From the NCBI GenBank assembly GCA_963799775.1, contig CAWCYD010000003.1:544001-608000 (forward strand): a DNA stretch of 64,000 nucleotides, read 5' to 3'. A program made the position numbers and the translations under genes. Source of the stretch: an uncultured archaeon (GTDB lineage: Archaea > Thermoproteota > Nitrososphaeria > Nitrososphaerales > Gagatemarchaeaceae). Below the pieces are notes generated by a model. That model was given only the letters and a program-made list of their open reading frames with translations, was not told where the DNA came from and made no database searches. Shown piece by piece: positions 60,438-64,000 of the stretch. Numbering within the stretch: position 1 is the first letter of the stretch; the number at the start of each line of letters is the position of its first letter.

Positions 60438-61160
60438 ATGTCTGAACGTTTAGTTGAAATAGGCACCGGGGGAACCGGGAAAGGCAAGTTGAGCAGCCCC
60501 GCCAGGATACCAACTGGTATCGAAGGCCTCGACAACCTGATTGAAGGCGGCCTGATCCGAGGTGACATGCACCTCCTTGCAGGCGCTCCGGGAACGGGCA
60601 AGACCATCTTAGCTTCGACTTTTGCTTACAACGCAGTTACGCAACACGCGGAGAAGGCCGTCTACGCCACATTCGAGGAGTCGACCGAGTACCTCCAGCG
60701 GAACATGAAGAAGCTAGGGATCGACCTCGCAGCGGCTGAAAGGGCAGGGAACCTCAAGGTCATAGACCTCGACGCCTTGAAAGGAAAGGAACTGGAGAGC
60801 AACATCGCGCTCCTGGTTTCTGCGGTGAAGGAGACGAAGAGCACAATCCTGGTCATCGACTCTTTGACAGCATTACTTCTCGCCTCAGAAACAAGGTTCG
60901 AGCTCAGGGCATTCATGAAGAGCGTCTACAAGACTCTCAAGAACGAAGGCGTCACGACTTTGATGACGATAAGCGTGACCCCTGGGACTGGTTTTGGGAT
61001 AGAGGGCTTCGTGGCTGACTCTGTGATGCTCCTCGAGAACGTGGTGGACAAGGACCAGTTCAAGACAAGACTGCTCGTCTTGAAGATGAGAGGGACGGAG
61101 CACAGCAAGCGCTACCACAACGTCAGCTACGCCCCGAAGATGTCCGTGTCAAAGTACTAG
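60438..61160 (+). CDS. Single-domain KaiC/RAD55-like ATPase
   Basis: TGIEGLD, GAPGTGKT, IDSL, KMRGTEHS. Confidence 0.93.
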   Translation: MSERLVEIGTGGTGKGKLSSPARIPTGIEGLDNLIEGGLIRGDMHLLAGAPGTGKTILASTFAYNAVTQHAEKAVYATFEESTEYLQRNMKKLGIDLAAAERAGNLKVIDLDALKGKELESNIALLVSAVKETKSTILVIDSLTALLLASETRFELRAFMKSVYKTLKNEGVTTLMTISVTPGTGFGIEGFVADSVMLLENVVDKDQFKTRLLVLKMRGTEHSKRYHNVSYAPKMSVSKY

Positions 61161-61398
61161 CCAGATGGCCCGGTACTCGACACAAGATCCTGCCTCGCAA
61201 ATACGGGACGACTAGATTTCTGCTCCATTCGGCTTATAGGCAAACTGACAACCTCGTTAGAAAAAACATGAAAAAGGTGCAATAATTGTCCTTTTTACCA
61301 TGCACACAACGGATTCTAGGCTCATGGAGTTCAACGCAAGAGCGGGCTATAGCAAAGGTAATTGATTATGGCTCGGACCCATCGCGCAGGCGGTTGCC

Positions 61399-62807
61399 TT
61401 GACAGCTAGCGCTGCTATCTCGCCCCTGCCATTGGTCTTGGACCCCATCGTCCAGATTGTGACACTGGAAATCATCGCGCTCTCAGCCTTCTACATGTAC
61501 AGACAGAAACTAACCGCTTACAAATACGCGAAGGGACTACTGATTGCGAGTAATGCGCTCTTCTCTGTAGTGATGGTTTTCGAGTTCCTTCGCACGGCGG
61601 TCTACATACCATCCGACTTTGTGTCGAGCGGTTTCGCCTATATTTACACAGTTGGCGCTACAAGCCTGATCCTAGCCTCTGTCGTAGTGCTGACCCTACT
61701 CGCGGTCACAGTCTACTTGGCGCCGTCTGGCATTGGGACTAAGGGCATAGCCGGGTTGCTCTGGGACAAGAAAACTCACCTCTTGCTTTTCGGCGCTTAC
61801 ACAGCATTCATCGTATTTGCCGGAGTCTATCTTGCCGTTGCGACCCCATTCGTAATCCAGCAGATTCCGAGCATCACAGGAGTCATCCTGCCCGTCTCCG
61901 CTTTCAATCAGACGTATCTGCTGATAATTCTCATTGTTCTATTGGGCTTCATTCTCTATCCTTCGGTCCTCCTCTTTCTCGCGTCGAGGAAGGCGAAGGA
62001 CCCAGCGGTCAGGCGCGTGTTGAGGATCCTTCCCCTAGTTTGGAGCGGGATCGGCATCGATCTCCTCGTGTTCAACGGAGTCCTCCTGGCAGCCAACATA
62101 GACGCCACGGCCTTCGGGTACCTGATCGCCGCAGTGGCCTTTGGAGTGACGGCAATCGTCTTCCGGCGGGCCTCTCTCCTTACGGCGTTCTTCGAGCCGG
62201 TCGCACCCACTGGGAGGTTCGCGGCCGAATTCCCGTTCACAGAGCGGCTGGACGTGCCTTCGACCTTCCTTCAGGGGAGGACGCTCCTGCTGGAGGACGA
62301 CCCCTCGGTCCCATACGAGCAGGTTGTCACGGACTTTGCACGCCAATCAATCACGAACAACCAGACGATCTACGTCTTCACCGCCAAGGGAAGCCCGATC
62401 TATTCCGCGCTCCACAAGATGAACGGTGTGAGGTTCTACATCCTCTCTTCCAAGGTGGCGTATCCCAAACCGGAAGAGAACGAGCCTTCCCAGATACTCG
62501 TCCCGGCCAACGACCAAGCTGTGATCCTGGACCTCCTCGACAAGACGATAAACGCGGCAGAATCCCCCGCCCAAATAGCTGTGATATTCGACAGCATCTC
62601 CGACATGATCCTCTCAGCGAGCTTCGAGAGCACCTACAAGTTCGTCAAGCAGGTCAACGAGGTCACCGGGAACGGCAAGACCACTGCGCTCTTCCTCATG
62701 ACGTCAGGGGCGCACGAGGAGAAGGTCGTGAGCTTCATCAGGAGCCTCTTCCCGACACAACTCGTGGACGACAGCGGCGGCCTAAGGATGACGAGGTGCC
62801 CCAGTAG
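61399..62807 (+). CDS. Multi-TM sensor fused to inactive KaiC-like (DUF835-type) domain
   Basis: About 7 TMs, then RecA-like domain lacking Walker A but with IFDSISD; track ORF over-extends owing to an indel near 62797. Confidence 0.78.
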
Positions 62808-62863
62808 GGACCGAGCGGACAACATTTCCATAGTATATATATCGTGGAGCACCGCCTGTCCGG

Positions 62864-63172
62864 ATGATGGTAGCGATCCTGCCGCCAGGTGCATCGTTGA
62901 CTTTCGTCGCTGCGGTGCTCGTGCCCTTGGTGTTGGGCTTCATCGTGGGCACCGTCATAAAGCGGGCCGTCGCGCTCGGTGTCGCGATCGCGGTCCTCAT
63001 CCTAATTCTCATCGTGCTGGGCGTCGTGAGTCCGTCTCAAGTGATCAATCCTATAGTGTCGGCGTTCAAGTCAGGTCCGGCCCTGGCCTCCAAGGTCAGC
63101 CAGATAGCAGGCTATCTGCCGTATTCCTCTATCACGTTTCTGATAGGGCTAGCCGTCGGGTTCCTAAGGTAG
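62864..63172 (+). CDS. Small membrane protein
   Basis: Three hydrophobic segments. Confidence 0.75.
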   Translation: MMVAILPPGASLTFVAAVLVPLVLGFIVGTVIKRAVALGVAIAVLILILIVLGVVSPSQVINPIVSAFKSGPALASKVSQIAGYLPYSSITFLIGLAVGFLR

Positions 63173-63187
63173 ACTAGCAGCCACAGC

Positions 63188-63451
63188 CTACAGTAGCCAT
63201 TCCTTCGGAGGCGGGGTCGTCCCTGCGCAGTTCACCTCCCCCATCACGCGCCTCACGAACGAGGGGCAGGCGAAGCACACCAAGAAGCCCACCTCTTGGT
63301 TGACCACAGGGCAATCGACGCTCTCTTTCTTCATCCTGGCCATCGCCTTGCCACTCGCGACACCTTTCAGCTGCGCGGTTACCTCCTTTGGTATTCTCTT
63401 AGGCTTGGGAGCCTCTTTGATCTTGACTACGTACTTGAAATCAGCGGACAA
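63188..63451 (-). CDS. Small four-Cys metal-binding protein
   Basis: CP...C..C...C. Confidence 0.75.
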   Translation of the reverse strand: MSADFKYVVKIKEAPKPKRIPKEVTAQLKGVASGKAMARMKKESVDCPVVNQEVGFLVCFACPSFVRRVMGEVNCAGTTPPPKEWLL

Positions 63452-63523
63452 GGTGGTGCAGCTTGTTCATCGGGCGGATAAAAACCTGAGTGCCTGGCGC
63501 AGGAAGCACACCGCGGACTACAA

Positions 63524-64000
63524 CTACCCGCCTATGGTGAACGCTATCCACTTTGGTGCCAGAGGTGTCGCGGCGAGCCTGCTGACCATCATGAACCTCC
63601 CTTGTTCCGAGAACTTCATCCGTATCGTCCCGTCCGTGGCGTACTCCACCGACTTCGTCGTCTTCTCGTCGTGCACTCCCTCCTCGAGCAGAACCAGACC
63701 GGTCACGCCTCTCGTCTGGAGCTTGGTGTGGACCGTGTCTAGGAAGCGGAGTGCCCTTTCGGCTCCTCCGTAGTTTATGACGTCCGTGAAGGAGTCTATC
63801 ACTATCCTCGAGTCGTCCTCAGGCTTCGCACCAACGTCGTCTAGGATGGAGGTTACGCCGACCGAGACGTCAGTCAAGGAGCTCAGGCTCGCCGAATACC
63901 TTGACTTGGACTTGCCCGACTTCCAAGAGTAGCAGTCCAGGAAGTGCATGTACTTCTCGACGCCCTTGTTCCAGTGAAATAGCTCCATCGTCTCAAGAGC
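63524..64000 (-). CDS. RAD55/KaiC-like ATPase domain, C-terminal part
   Basis: FLDCYSW, RIVIDSF, EY..DG.I. Confidence 0.85.
   Translation of the reverse strand, partial: ALETMELFHWNKGVEKYMHFLDCYSWKSGKSKSRYSASLSSLTDVSVGVTSILDDVGAKPEDDSRIVIDSFTDVINYGGAERALRFLDTVHTKLQTRGVTGLVLLEEGVHDEKTTKSVEYATDGTIRMKFSEQGRFMMVSRLAATPLAPKWIAFTIGG

Noticed and set aside
56391-61160. Circadian KaiABC clock
   Set aside because: Single-domain KaiC-like proteins only, with no kaiA or kaiB
1430-62800. About 15 frameshifted genes as pseudogenes or programmed frameshifts
   Set aside because: Indels hit essential and unrelated genes, many in short homopolymers, without accumulated stop codons; long-read error is the simplest explanation
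61399-63177. 592-aa sensor with long C-terminal tail
   Set aside because: Tail overlaps a good membrane ORF at 62864 and reads as off-frame; a stop at 62805-62807 is more likely
136-63773. Many overlapping antisense or alternate-frame ORFs, e.g. 658..1281, 51874..52734, 58113..59495
   Set aside because: Arg/Pro-rich shadow ORFs expected at high GC, overlapping well-supported genes

Overview
Archaeal chromosomal window, GC-rich. Gene content (archaeosine tgtA, type II GAPDH, FtsZ, class III pilins, KaiC/RAD55 ATPases, HTH_45 regulators) suggests a non-ammonia-oxidising Nitrososphaerota/TACK lineage; this is inference. About 15 genes, including essential ones, carry single-base indels, so the assembly is probably unpolished long-read sequence, and I joined split ORFs by hand. 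Layout: 1-19 kb is housekeeping genes with interspersed toxin-antitoxin cassettes; 19-45 kb is a type IV pilus locus with a glycan-modification island; 45-54 kb holds coiled-coil genes, a MoxR AAA+/VWA pair and SecB-like genes; 54-64 kb is a KaiC signalling cluster with an Lrp-like/UbiA/polyprenyl synthase operon. Top observations: (1) a 1873-aa pilin-anchored protein whose domains appear nested inside each other several levels deep; (2) a conserved operator at fixed distance from the TATA box in more than ten promoters, linking pilins, glycosylation, AAA/VWA, KaiC, V4R and ftsZ; (3) an intein ending in Gln-Asp directly before the predicted Mo-ligating Cys of a sulfite oxidase-family enzyme; (4) a 24-bp quasi-palindrome, in four copies, that brackets small accessory cassettes. 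No rRNA, tRNA, CRISPR array or transposase was seen.
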